A DNA stretch of 64,000 nt from Candidatus Latescibacterota bacterium (GTDB lineage Bacteria; Latescibacterota; UBA2968; GCA-2709665): positions 1,120,001 to 1,184,000 of the forward strand of contig OZ244744.1 in the NCBI GenBank assembly GCA_965219455.1, in the 5' to 3' direction. How positions within the stretch are numbered: the stretch's first letter is position 1; each line of letters starts with the position of its first letter. The notes beneath the pieces are model-generated. The model was not told where the DNA came from and made no database searches. It worked only from the letters and a program-made list of their open reading frames with translations. A program made the position numbers and the translations under genes. Below, piece by piece: positions 1 through 8,818 of this stretch.

Positions 1-254
1 AGCGCGCTGAATTCCTCCCGCGCGCGCTTCGCGAGGCCGACCACCTGTCCGAGATCCCCTTCCTGCAGATGGCTGCGCATCCAGGCGCGCCCGTACCGCG
101 CCAGGGTATCGGCAGGGAGCGACCCCTCCCTCGAAAACAGGTTCTGGATTGCGCACAGGCGTTTGTCGATATCCCGGTTGGCCGACGAACGGTCGGTCCG
201 CGACCGCGCCTCATCCGCCACCTCCAACCGAATACCGGTCTCACCATCGTTCAT
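1..254 (-). CDS. Partial CDS (runs off the window), function unassigned
   Basis: ATG at 254 preceded by GGGAGG RBS; frame MNDGETGIRLEVADEARSRTD...AKRAREEFSA stays open to the window edge. Confidence 0.55.
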   Translation of the reverse strand, partial: MNDGETGIRLEVADEARSRTDRSSANRDIDKRLCAIQNLFSREGSLPADTLARYGRAWMRSHLQEGDLGQVVGLAKRAREEFSA

Positions 255-475
255 TCATCCTCCCGATCACCTTTGTATCTGACCATTGCCCGGCAATTCC
301 CATCATACCGTCAAAACCACGTGCGCGAACGATTGCGCTTGACAATGCCCCTGATTTTGGCATGAATACCCATTCGCGAATCCCAGCGTCGGCCCACGGC
401 GACTGCCCGGATTCGCAGAACCTCGATCCCGGAAATCCGGGACATTCATTACCAATTAACGGGGAACTCGAAACC

Positions 476-1540
476 ATGCCACTAAAAGCGGGCGTGTGCG
501 GCATCGGATCCTTCTACTCGAACGCTTTTGCCCGGTCCGCGAAACGGAACCCCGATATCGAGCTGGCGGCGTACGCGCATCTGGATCAGAGCGACGAAAC
601 GCTCGGCAGACTCGGCATGAAGTCCAGGGTGGCATTCGGCGCCCAATACGGCATCCCGGCGTATTCCACGGTGCAGGAAATGATTCACGCCGAGTCCCTC
701 GACCTTGTCTTCGTCACCTGCCGGGACAACCTGAAACCGCAGCAGGCAGCCAGCGCGATGGATGCCGGCGCCCACGCCTTTATCAGCAAACCCATGTGTA
801 TGACCCTGGCGGGAGCAGACGCCATGATCGCCGCGTCCCGCCGCAACAACGTCTTGCTGTCCGCCCTGCTGCCGGGACGGGAAGACGGCGCCATCCGCGC
901 GATGGGAACACGGGTACGGGACGGGGCCGTCGGACGCGTCATTTCTTCAAGAGCATGGATTCAACACGGTTGTTTCGGCCCCGGAACGGTCTTCGACGGC
1001 AGCGGTGAATTCGGCCCCGGACAGGGTGGCATCGGGCTTTCACTGGGCGTCTACGCCGCGGATCTGCTGCTCTGGCTCATCGATTCACCGGCGGTCCGCG
1101 CCTATGCCGAATACGACAATCTGGCCACGCCGCACAGCATCTGGATGGATACCGGCAAGGGCACCGTCCGGTTCGAAGACGGCCGCATGGGTTCCATGGA
1201 CATCATCTTCAACGTCAGCTGCGGCGCCCCGGCCTGGGAGATGGAAGTGGTGGGCACCGACGGTATCGCCCGCGCGCATCTGGATGTCATGGAAGGCATC
1301 ATCTGGCACAAAGACGACAGCGGCGCTCCCCGCGTGTTCTACCGCGCACAGAACGACACCATCGACGCCGCCGTGGAACGCTTTGTCCGCGCCGTCCGGG
1401 ACGGCCATCCGCTGGACGTGACCCCGGAACACGCACGAAACGTGCTGGAACTCTGCCTGGCCTGGAATCGCGCCGCCGCGGAACACCGCGCTGTCGACCT
1501 GCCGTTGCCGGAAGGCGGCCGGGAAAAACGCTACTTTTGA
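476..1540 (+). CDS. Gfo/Idh/MocA family oxidoreductase
   Basis: N-terminal Rossmann-type LKAGVCGIG and HAFISKP (variant of the EKP motif); start moved to ATG 476 within ORF 149..1540. Confidence 0.85.
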   Translation: MPLKAGVCGIGSFYSNAFARSAKRNPDIELAAYAHLDQSDETLGRLGMKSRVAFGAQYGIPAYSTVQEMIHAESLDLVFVTCRDNLKPQQAASAMDAGAHAFISKPMCMTLAGADAMIAASRRNNVLLSALLPGREDGAIRAMGTRVRDGAVGRVISSRAWIQHGCFGPGTVFDGSGEFGPGQGGIGLSLGVYAADLLLWLIDSPAVRAYAEYDNLATPHSIWMDTGKGTVRFEDGRMGSMDIIFNVSCGAPAWEMEVVGTDGIARAHLDVMEGIIWHKDDSGAPRVFYRAQNDTIDAAVERFVRAVRDGHPLDVTPEHARNVLELCLAWNRAAAEHRAVDLPLPEGGREKRYF

Positions 1541-1621
1541 GGCCCCGCCTCGTTATTGCTTCAAAGAATTCCCGCGGGGACCGCATCCTGCCGGACAACA
1601 CGTTACGCGAGAGGAGTCGAT

Positions 1622-2545
1622 ATGTTAATCGCCACCCGAGACACCATATATGCCCTGAACGGCAAACACACCCCACCGAAACCCGTCTTTGAAGGCGGCA
1701 ACGTCCAGGCGGTTGCGAAAGGGCGGTCCATCGGCCTGGCGGCACTGAAAGACGGGGAGGTCGCCGTCCTGTCGAAAAACGGCTCGCGGACCCTCGGCAC
1801 CGGCATTGAAGATCCCATAGAGTGCCTTCTCATCCTGGAAGAAGAGCCAGTGAGCTTCCTTGTGGGCGTGGAGGCCCCGCACGTCTACGCCGTCACGGAC
1901 GACGGGACCGAACGCCTGGCCTCCTTCGACGGGCTCGAATGCCGCCGGGATTGGTACACTCCCTGGGGAGGCCCCGCGGCCGTCCGAAGCATGGCCCGCA
2001 CCCGGGACGGCTGGGTCTATGCCGACATTCACGTGGGCAGCATTATGAGGTCTCCGGACCAGGGCCGCACATGGGAACCCGTCACCCCGGACCTGCACCA
2101 GGACGTTCACCAGGTGGCCACCTCGCCCCGGGAAGACGACCGGGTTTACGCGAATACGGCCCGTGCCGTGTATCTCAGCCACGACCGGGGGAGATCCTGG
2201 CAGCACCGCCCCGAGGGCTTTCCCTATTCTTACGGCCGGGCTATTGCCGTACACCCGGAAGAACCGGATTGCCTTCTTGCCACGGTCAGCACCGGGCCGC
2301 ACGGAGACGCCCAGGGACAACTCTACCGGACCGACAACGCGGGCGTCGACTGGTCGCACGTCACAGACGGATTCCCCGAAACCACAACGGGCAACATCGA
2401 TACCTTCCACATTGCCTTCACGCCCGACGGCCACGCTTGGGCGGTCGTGGACGCCACCCTTTACGGCAGCCAGGATCGGGGCCTCACCTGGACGTCCGCG
2501 TGGAACGCGCCCGCTGATATCCGGGCGATTGCAGTGCAGCAGTAG
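1622..2545 (+). CDS. BNR/Asp-box repeat beta-propeller protein
   Basis: Repeated SxDxGxTW motifs (SPDQGRTW, SHDRGRSW, SQDRGLTW); GAGGAG RBS before ATG 1622. Confidence 0.8.
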   Translation: MLIATRDTIYALNGKHTPPKPVFEGGNVQAVAKGRSIGLAALKDGEVAVLSKNGSRTLGTGIEDPIECLLILEEEPVSFLVGVEAPHVYAVTDDGTERLASFDGLECRRDWYTPWGGPAAVRSMARTRDGWVYADIHVGSIMRSPDQGRTWEPVTPDLHQDVHQVATSPREDDRVYANTARAVYLSHDRGRSWQHRPEGFPYSYGRAIAVHPEEPDCLLATVSTGPHGDAQGQLYRTDNAGVDWSHVTDGFPETTTGNIDTFHIAFTPDGHAWAVVDATLYGSQDRGLTWTSAWNAPADIRAIAVQQ

Positions 2546-2639
2546 CGAAATCGCTGAAACCGGGCGTTTCGCCGGAAGGCCCCGGCTGATTCCGCCGATC
2601 GCCCCGCCACCCACTCGCACCTTCCGTAGAGGAGTATCC

Positions 2640-3572
2640 ATGGCTCACCATCGCTTCGTCCCGGAAACCTTCCACACCGCCATTGGCGCGCACGACCCGG
2701 TGCTGCACGTCGCCAGCGGCGACACCATCACAACAACCACCGTGGACGCAGGCGGAAGTGACGCCACGGGCCAACCGGTCACTCCCGGCGGCAACCCCCA
2801 GACGGGACCCTTCTACCTCGAGGGCGCGGAACCGGGCGACACACTGGCCGTCACCTTCGACAGACTGGCGCCCAACCGCAACGTCGGGTACACGTCGGGC
2901 GTAGTCGCCGCCAACGTGCTGGATTTCGGGTACACGCCCGAATTCAAGGACGACCGGAACCGGCTGGATTGGGAAATCGACTTCGAAAACAACACCGCCA
3001 CCCCCATCGGCTTCGAAGACCTTCCCATCGGCAGGCTCCGGATCCCGCTGAAACCGATGGTGGGCTGCTTCGGCGTGGCGCCGCCCCGGGGCCAGGCCAT
3101 CTCCACCGCCACGTCCGATACCCACGGCGGCAACATGGACTACCGGGAATTCGTCCAGGGCGTAACCGTGTACTTCCCCGTTTTCGTCGAAGGCGGGCTG
3201 TTCCATATCGGCGACGGCCACGCCGTGCAGGGCGACGGCGAAATCGTCGGCACCGGGATCGAAATTTCCTTCGATGTCACCTTCACCCTGCGCCTCTTCA
3301 AGGGCAAGACCATCCAATGGCCCCGGGCGATCAACGAAACCCACGTGATGGCCGTTGGCAACGCCCGCCCGCTGGACCAGGCAACGCAACACGCCACCAC
3401 CGAGTTGATTCGATTTCTCCAGGAGGACTACGGCCTGGACGCCCGATCCATCCACGTCCTCATGGGCCAGGCCGTGGAATACAACGTGGGCAACGTCTAC
3501 GATCCCGCGTACACGATGGTCTGCAAAATGCCCATGAAAATCCTGGAGAGCATCGGCGCAAGCAGGCAATAA
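2640..3572 (+). CDS. Acetamidase/formamidase family protein
   Basis: NPQTGP, HGGNMD, GDGHAVQGDGE and GIE motifs; AGGAG RBS before ATG 2640. Confidence 0.9.
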   Translation: MAHHRFVPETFHTAIGAHDPVLHVASGDTITTTTVDAGGSDATGQPVTPGGNPQTGPFYLEGAEPGDTLAVTFDRLAPNRNVGYTSGVVAANVLDFGYTPEFKDDRNRLDWEIDFENNTATPIGFEDLPIGRLRIPLKPMVGCFGVAPPRGQAISTATSDTHGGNMDYREFVQGVTVYFPVFVEGGLFHIGDGHAVQGDGEIVGTGIEISFDVTFTLRLFKGKTIQWPRAINETHVMAVGNARPLDQATQHATTELIRFLQEDYGLDARSIHVLMGQAVEYNVGNVYDPAYTMVCKMPMKILESIGASRQ

Positions 3573-3766
3573 CCGAAAACCCGGGGGTAATCCGGCCCGG
3601 TGGAAGACCCCGGAACCTTTGCCCCGGGACCCATCGGTGCAGACCCTCGACGCCTGCTGCCAACGAGATGGGGGCGGCGGTTATCCGGCGCCCGGAGCCA
3701 CAGAAGAACGTGGAGATTCCGCGTTTATCCTGTTCTGCCTTTCGCCAACCCCCGATCCCAGCGAAT

Positions 3767-5134
3767 ATGTCCCCTGACGACAAGGCCCGTCTCAAAGACC
3801 TGGACCGGCGCCTGGTTTGGCACCCGTTCACCCAGATGCGCACGTACGCGCGTGAGGACCCCATTGTCATCGCGCGCGCCGACGGCGTCTACCTGGAGGA
3901 CATCGACGGAAACCGGTACCTCGACGGTTACTCCTCCATGTGGTGCAACGTGCACGGTCACCGCGTGGAGGACATCGACGCCGCCATACGCGGGCAACTG
4001 GACCAGGTCGCACACAGCACGCTACTGGGTCTTTCCAACGTACCGGCGATCCGGCTGGCCGAAAAGCTCGTGCAAATCACGCCGCCGGGACTGAACCGCG
4101 TGTTCTACTCGGACACCGGCGCCTGCGCCGTCGAAATCGCCCTTAAAATCGCCTTCCAGTACTGGCGACAGAAACCGGATCCGAAACCGGGGAAAACCAG
4201 CTTTCTCAGCCTGGCGCAGAGCTATCACGGCGACACCATCGGCGCCATGAGCGTCGGCAATATCGATTGCTTCCACAAGACCTACGGGCCGCTCCTCTTC
4301 CCGTCGCTGAACGCGCCGGCGCCCCATCCGTATCGCTGTACGTTCTGCGCCCGCGAAAAGGCGTGCAACCAGGGCTGTCTGCGTGCGGTCGATGGTATCC
4401 TGAGACGAGAGGCGCACCGCATCGCCGCCTTCATTGTTGAACCGCTCATCCAGGGCGCGGGCGGGATGCTGGTTCATCCGGAAGGCTATCTGAAGGGAAT
4501 CGCCGACCTCTGCAGGGCGCACGACGTCCTGCTCATCGCCGATGAAATCGCCACCGGCTTCGGCCGCACCGGCGCCATGTTCGCCTGCGAGAAAGAAAGC
4601 GTCGCGCCGGACATACTCTGCCTGGGCAAGGGCATCACGGGCGGATACCTGCCCGTGGCCGCCACGTTGACCACCAGTGAGATCTTCGACGCCTTTCTGG
4701 GCGAAGACAGCGAAGGCCGGACGTTTTTTCACGGCCACACGTATACAGGCAACCCGCTCGGCTGCGCGGCGGCCCTGGCAACCATCGAGCGCTTCGAAAG
4801 CCACAAGGTACTGGCGTCTCTGCGCCTGAAAATCGAACTTCTCGCGCGCGGACTCCCCCGCTTCAGGACCCTCGCCCACGCGGGCGACGTACGCCAGTGC
4901 GGCTTCATCGCCGGCATCGAACTGGTTGCCGACAGATCCGTCGGCCGACCGTATCCCCCCACGGACAGGATCGGCGTCCGCGTCTGCGGCGAGGCCCGAA
5001 AACGGGGTCTTCTCATCCGGCCGCTGGGCGACACTATCGTCCTTATGCCGCCCCTTGCCATTTCCGACCACGATCTCGAAAAGTTACTGGAAATCGTCCA
5101 CGCGTCCATCATCGCCGTGACGGGCCCGGCCTGA
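3767..5134 (+). CDS. bioA: Adenosylmethionine-8-amino-7-oxononanoate aminotransferase
   Basis: [31 protein letters not shown] and HGHTYTGNP motifs; adjacent to bioD. Confidence 0.95.
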   Translation: MSPDDKARLKDLDRRLVWHPFTQMRTYAREDPIVIARADGVYLEDIDGNRYLDGYSSMWCNVHGHRVEDIDAAIRGQLDQVAHSTLLGLSNVPAIRLAEKLVQITPPGLNRVFYSDTGACAVEIALKIAFQYWRQKPDPKPGKTSFLSLAQSYHGDTIGAMSVGNIDCFHKTYGPLLFPSLNAPAPHPYRCTFCAREKACNQGCLRAVDGILRREAHRIAAFIVEPLIQGAGGMLVHPEGYLKGIADLCRAHDVLLIADEIATGFGRTGAMFACEKESVAPDILCLGKGITGGYLPVAATLTTSEIFDAFLGEDSEGRTFFHGHTYTGNPLGCAAALATIERFESHKVLASLRLKIELLARGLPRFRTLAHAGDVRQCGFIAGIELVADRSVGRPYPPTDRIGVRVCGEARKRGLLIRPLGDTIVLMPPLAISDHDLEKLLEIVHASIIAVTGPA

Positions 5135-5271
5135 CCCCGGCCCGCGCCGTGGTCGCTGCCGCCGGACGCCCACGCGGAAACACCAGATCAAAAGCCGCCA
5201 GACGGCGGCCTGACGGTGAAATCTTGACGCAGTTGAGTGGACTCGTACACGCCACCGGGGCCAATACGACC

Positions 5272-5961
5272 ATGCGATCCAGGGGCGTCTTCGTCACCGC
5301 CACCGACACGGGCGCGGGCAAAACCGCCGTGACCGCCGGGATCGCCGCCGTTCTACGCAGACGCGGCGTCGACGTGGGCGTATTCAAGCCCGTCTCCTCG
5401 GGCGGCGCGGCCGACGCGCGACTCCTGGCAAAAGCCGCGGGCGTCACCCACGCTCTCGAACTCGTCAATCCTGTTCGCCTCGCCGCGCCGCTCTCGCCGA
5501 ACGTGGCCGCCGAAATGGAAGGCCGCCAGGTCCCACTGGAACCCATTCTGGATGCCTATCGCCGCCTGGCAGGCCTTCACGACACCGTTCTCGTGGAGGG
5601 CGTGGGCGGCCTGCTGGTTCCGATTCGGGACGATCTCCTGGTCGCGGACCTCGCCGTCCGTCTGAACCTGCCGCTTCTGGTGGTCGCCCGCGCCGCTCTG
5701 GGCACCATCAATCACACCCTGCTGACGCTCGAGGCCGCGACAAGGCGCAATCTTGAAATCAAGGGCGTCGTCTACAACACGACCACACCCGGAGACCCGA
5801 GGGCAGCCCGCACCAGCCCGGACGTGATCGCCCGCCTCTCCGGGGTCCGCTCCATGGGCATCCTGCCCTACGATTCGGGCGTGGACGTAGACGCCGGTAA
5901 CCTGGGACGCATGCCCGAGTTGATTGAACAACACCTGGACGTGGATGGACTCTTTTCCTGA
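5272..5961 (+). CDS. bioD: Dethiobiotin synthase
   Basis: TATDTGAGKT P-loop, FKPV, VEGVGG and LGTINHTLLT motifs. Confidence 0.95.
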   Translation: MRSRGVFVTATDTGAGKTAVTAGIAAVLRRRGVDVGVFKPVSSGGAADARLLAKAAGVTHALELVNPVRLAAPLSPNVAAEMEGRQVPLEPILDAYRRLAGLHDTVLVEGVGGLLVPIRDDLLVADLAVRLNLPLLVVARAALGTINHTLLTLEAATRRNLEIKGVVYNTTTPGDPRAARTSPDVIARLSGVRSMGILPYDSGVDVDAGNLGRMPELIEQHLDVDGLFS

Positions 5962-5994
5962 ATCCTGCCCCGCGCTTCCGCCCGCAACCCGCCG

Positions 5995-6801
5995 TTACCT
6001 CTTATCCTGCTTCGCCACCCCGCGCGTTACCAGGTATTCGACGATCTTCGGATTGATCAGATGCAGCCAGGGCAGAAATCTCAACTTGAACGGAATAATC
6101 AACTCCCGTTTCCTTTTCTTCATGGCTTTGATGATGGCCTCGCTCGCGTCCTCCAGCGAAATCGACTGCCTGCTGTGCTTTCGGCTGGACGTGCCCAGGG
6201 AGCCGCCGTCCTTTCCGAAGGCCGCCTTGCGCAAATTGGTCCCGCGCAGCCAGTGGGGCAGCACCGTAAGCACGTCCACGCCAGTGTCGAGCAACTCCGT
6301 CCGTAACGACTCGAAGAATCCCTGCACGGCGTGCTTGGACGCCACGTATCCCGTATGCAGGGGTACGCCGATCTTGCCCTGGATGGAAGAAATCGCCACC
6401 ACCATCCCGTCGCGCGCCTTCAGATGGGGTAGCGCGTAATACACGCAATGCACAATACCCAGATAGTTCGTTTCCATCAATCTGCGGAAAATCGCCAGAT
6501 CCTCCACCTCGTCAAACCGAGCCCACATGCTGATCCCGGCGCAGGCAACCAGGTAGTCCACGGCCCCGAACTCGGACACCGCCGCGTCGATCCAACCCTC
6601 GCAGTCCTCGGGTCTTCCTACGTCGCCCATGGCCGTAATCACGCGGCTGCCCCGCTCACGGCACGCTTCCGCCGTCTCCCGGACACCCTCGTCGAGGGCG
6701 AACAGCGCAAGGTCCGCTCCCTCGTCCGCGAATGCCAGCGCCAGCGTGGCGCCCAGGCCCGACGACGCACCGGTTATGGCGACGATCTTTCCACCAAACA
6801 T
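5995..6801 (-). CDS. SDR oxidoreductase, DHRS7B/PexRAP-like (candidate alkyl/acyl-DHAP reductase)
   Basis: TGASSGLG and YxxxK (YVASK) motifs; AISSIQGK...ASKHAVQGFFESLRTE resembles the DHRS7/7B subfamily; ATG 6801 with AGGTGG RBS. Confidence 0.85.
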   Translation of the reverse strand: MFGGKIVAITGASSGLGATLALAFADEGADLALFALDEGVRETAEACRERGSRVITAMGDVGRPEDCEGWIDAAVSEFGAVDYLVACAGISMWARFDEVEDLAIFRRLMETNYLGIVHCVYYALPHLKARDGMVVAISSIQGKIGVPLHTGYVASKHAVQGFFESLRTELLDTGVDVLTVLPHWLRGTNLRKAAFGKDGGSLGTSSRKHSRQSISLEDASEAIIKAMKKRKRELIIPFKLRFLPWLHLINPKIVEYLVTRGVAKQDKR

Positions 6802-6880
6802 AGGCCACCTTTTGTACAATTAGACGGCGTCGATGGTGGGGCGACGCATACGTCGCCCCTGCGCCGCAAGTACAATGTCC

Positions 6881-8728
6881 TCAGTCAGTCCCCCCGAAAA
6901 CCCCATTCCGGACCCCGAAGATGTTCTTCGGATCCATGGCGTTCTTGGCCTGGCGCATGACCTGGATGCTGTTATCGGTCTGGATCTGGGTCAGAAATTC
7001 CCGCCTCACCTTGCCAACGCCATGGTGGTGCGACAACGACCCCCCGTTGTCCAGGATCACCTGGCGCAGCCGGTGTTCGATCGCGTGAAACGTCCGGCCG
7101 GGCTGTTCCAGGCCCTTGGCGTAGATGCCCATGGTAAAATAGATGCAGACTCCGGTATGATAGGTCTGCGTCACCCTGTACGAGAGATAGGGCTTCCCCG
7201 GTACGCCGTGCCGGCCGGCCTGGGCGACCAGTTCGCCGGATACCGCATCGCACACCTGGTGGATCCGGTCCCAGGGAACCGACGTCTCAAAGGTTTCGCC
7301 CAAGATGCCGTACTGATTCAGGAAGTCTCGAATATAGGCGATGCCGAACGTGAGTGAGTATCCCCGCCTGCCGTTGCTCGCGCCCGCGCTCCTGGCGCCG
7401 TACTTTTTCGCCAGGCTGAAGATCGTACGTTCCTGCTGACGCACTTCGGCGTGCGCGCCCTCCATAACGATGGTACATGCCGCCATCTTCATCGGATCGA
7501 AACCCAGGACCTTCAACAGAACGAACTTCTGAATCCGTTCTTTGACCCCTTTCAGGAACGTCGGCTCCGGCTTCAGGGCCTGACCGAAACGGAATTCGTT
7601 GTTGTTGACCAGGCGGATGCTCGCGGGCAGCATGCCTGTCTGCCGGAGCGCTTTCAAATAGGCAACACCCTTCTCGAAGGCCGGAAAGACAAGCGCCCCG
7701 TACTTGCGCGCCTCGGAGATCGGATGGATCTTCATCACGGCCGTAGTGATTATGCCGAAATTGCCCTCGCTCCCGAACAGCAATCCCCTCGGCTGAACGC
7801 CCGTCGAGTTCCTGGGCGTCACCCGGCGGGTCGCGATTTCCCCGGTGGGCGTCACCAGCGTCGCCTCGAGCACGATGTCTTCGATATTGCCGTATCGGTT
7901 CTTCTTCATCCCGCTCGCGTTTGTCGAAATCCACCCGCCCATCGTGGACAGTTCCACGCTATCCGGGTCGTGACCCGACGTATACCCCCTATCCCCCAGT
8001 ACCTGCTCCAGCCCCTTTCCCGAAATACCCGCCTCGACGCAGGCCTGCAGATTGGCCTCGTCAATCCACAGCACCCGGTTCATCCGACGCATATCCACGG
8101 ACACGATCGTGCGCCGCTCGTCGGCCGGACACGCCAGCGCCCCGCTCACGTTGGTCCCCCCGCCATAGGGCACCAGGCAGACGTCATGCTCGTTGGCCAA
8201 TTCGATCATGGCCTTGACGTCGGCTTCCTCTTCCGGATAGAACACCAGATCGACCAGCCGCGGAAGTGAATCTCCATACATCACGCGATACACTTCTTCA
8301 ACACTCAGTTGTCCGTGGCTGTGCACCAGCCTGGCTTTGGGATCGAACGAAACCTGCCCGTCTCTGAACCGTTCGTTCACCGCGTTCCCGAAAGCTGCTT
8401 CCACGTTCGGCTCAGGCTCTCCGATATCCTCGCGTTCTGCGTACGAGTCTTCCCTTCGTATCGTAATGCCCAGCACGTCCTCCACAAAGTCGACCAGAAA
8501 CGGCATCCGGTATCCCGAAATCGGGTACCTGTTCCCGGTTACCCTCAACGTCCGGTCGTCTACGAACTCGAACCGCGTATCCGTATATCCCCACTTGTGG
8601 GGGAATCGTTCCCCTTCCGAATGATCGAAAAAAGCGTCCGGTTCGTTTCCGGAACGCCTGCGTTTCGCCAGAAACACAATCGCAAGAACAACCGCTGCGG
8701 CAACCGCTGCTATTCCCCACTCTGTCAT
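6881..8728 (-). CDS. Alkyldihydroxyacetonephosphate synthase (AGPS/ADPS)-like FAD oxidoreductase with N-terminal membrane anchor
   Basis: GGGTNV, GHDPDS...STMGGWISTNASGMKKNRYGNIED, GSEG, PASIRL, FETSVPWDR, RVTQTY and GGSLSHHHGVGK motifs. Confidence 0.9.
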   Translation of the reverse strand: MTEWGIAAVAAAVVLAIVFLAKRRRSGNEPDAFFDHSEGERFPHKWGYTDTRFEFVDDRTLRVTGNRYPISGYRMPFLVDFVEDVLGITIRREDSYAEREDIGEPEPNVEAAFGNAVNERFRDGQVSFDPKARLVHSHGQLSVEEVYRVMYGDSLPRLVDLVFYPEEEADVKAMIELANEHDVCLVPYGGGTNVSGALACPADERRTIVSVDMRRMNRVLWIDEANLQACVEAGISGKGLEQVLGDRGYTSGHDPDSVELSTMGGWISTNASGMKKNRYGNIEDIVLEATLVTPTGEIATRRVTPRNSTGVQPRGLLFGSEGNFGIITTAVMKIHPISEARKYGALVFPAFEKGVAYLKALRQTGMLPASIRLVNNNEFRFGQALKPEPTFLKGVKERIQKFVLLKVLGFDPMKMAACTIVMEGAHAEVRQQERTIFSLAKKYGARSAGASNGRRGYSLTFGIAYIRDFLNQYGILGETFETSVPWDRIHQVCDAVSGELVAQAGRHGVPGKPYLSYRVTQTYHTGVCIYFTMGIYAKGLEQPGRTFHAIEHRLRQVILDNGGSLSHHHGVGKVRREFLTQIQTDNSIQVMRQAKNAMDPKNIFGVRNGVFGGTD

Positions 8729-8818
8729 TACGCACTCCCGATTAACACAACCGGACGGGCCCGGCGAATACGGCCGGGCAACCCTTAAGGATGACCCCGG
8801 ACGTCCCGGCCCGGATTC

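Noticed and set aside
339-367. Promoter with TTGACA upstream of the Gfo/Idh/MocA gene
   Set aside because: The -35 box is perfect but the -10 box at 16-18 bp spacing is poor, so support is insufficient.
149-5271. Long N-terminal extensions in the ORF track (149, 1556, 2163, 2969, 4897 starts) suggesting fusion proteins
   Set aside because: The extensions are Arg/Pro-rich read-through overlapping upstream genes in GC-rich DNA. Family motifs and RBS positions support the shorter starts.
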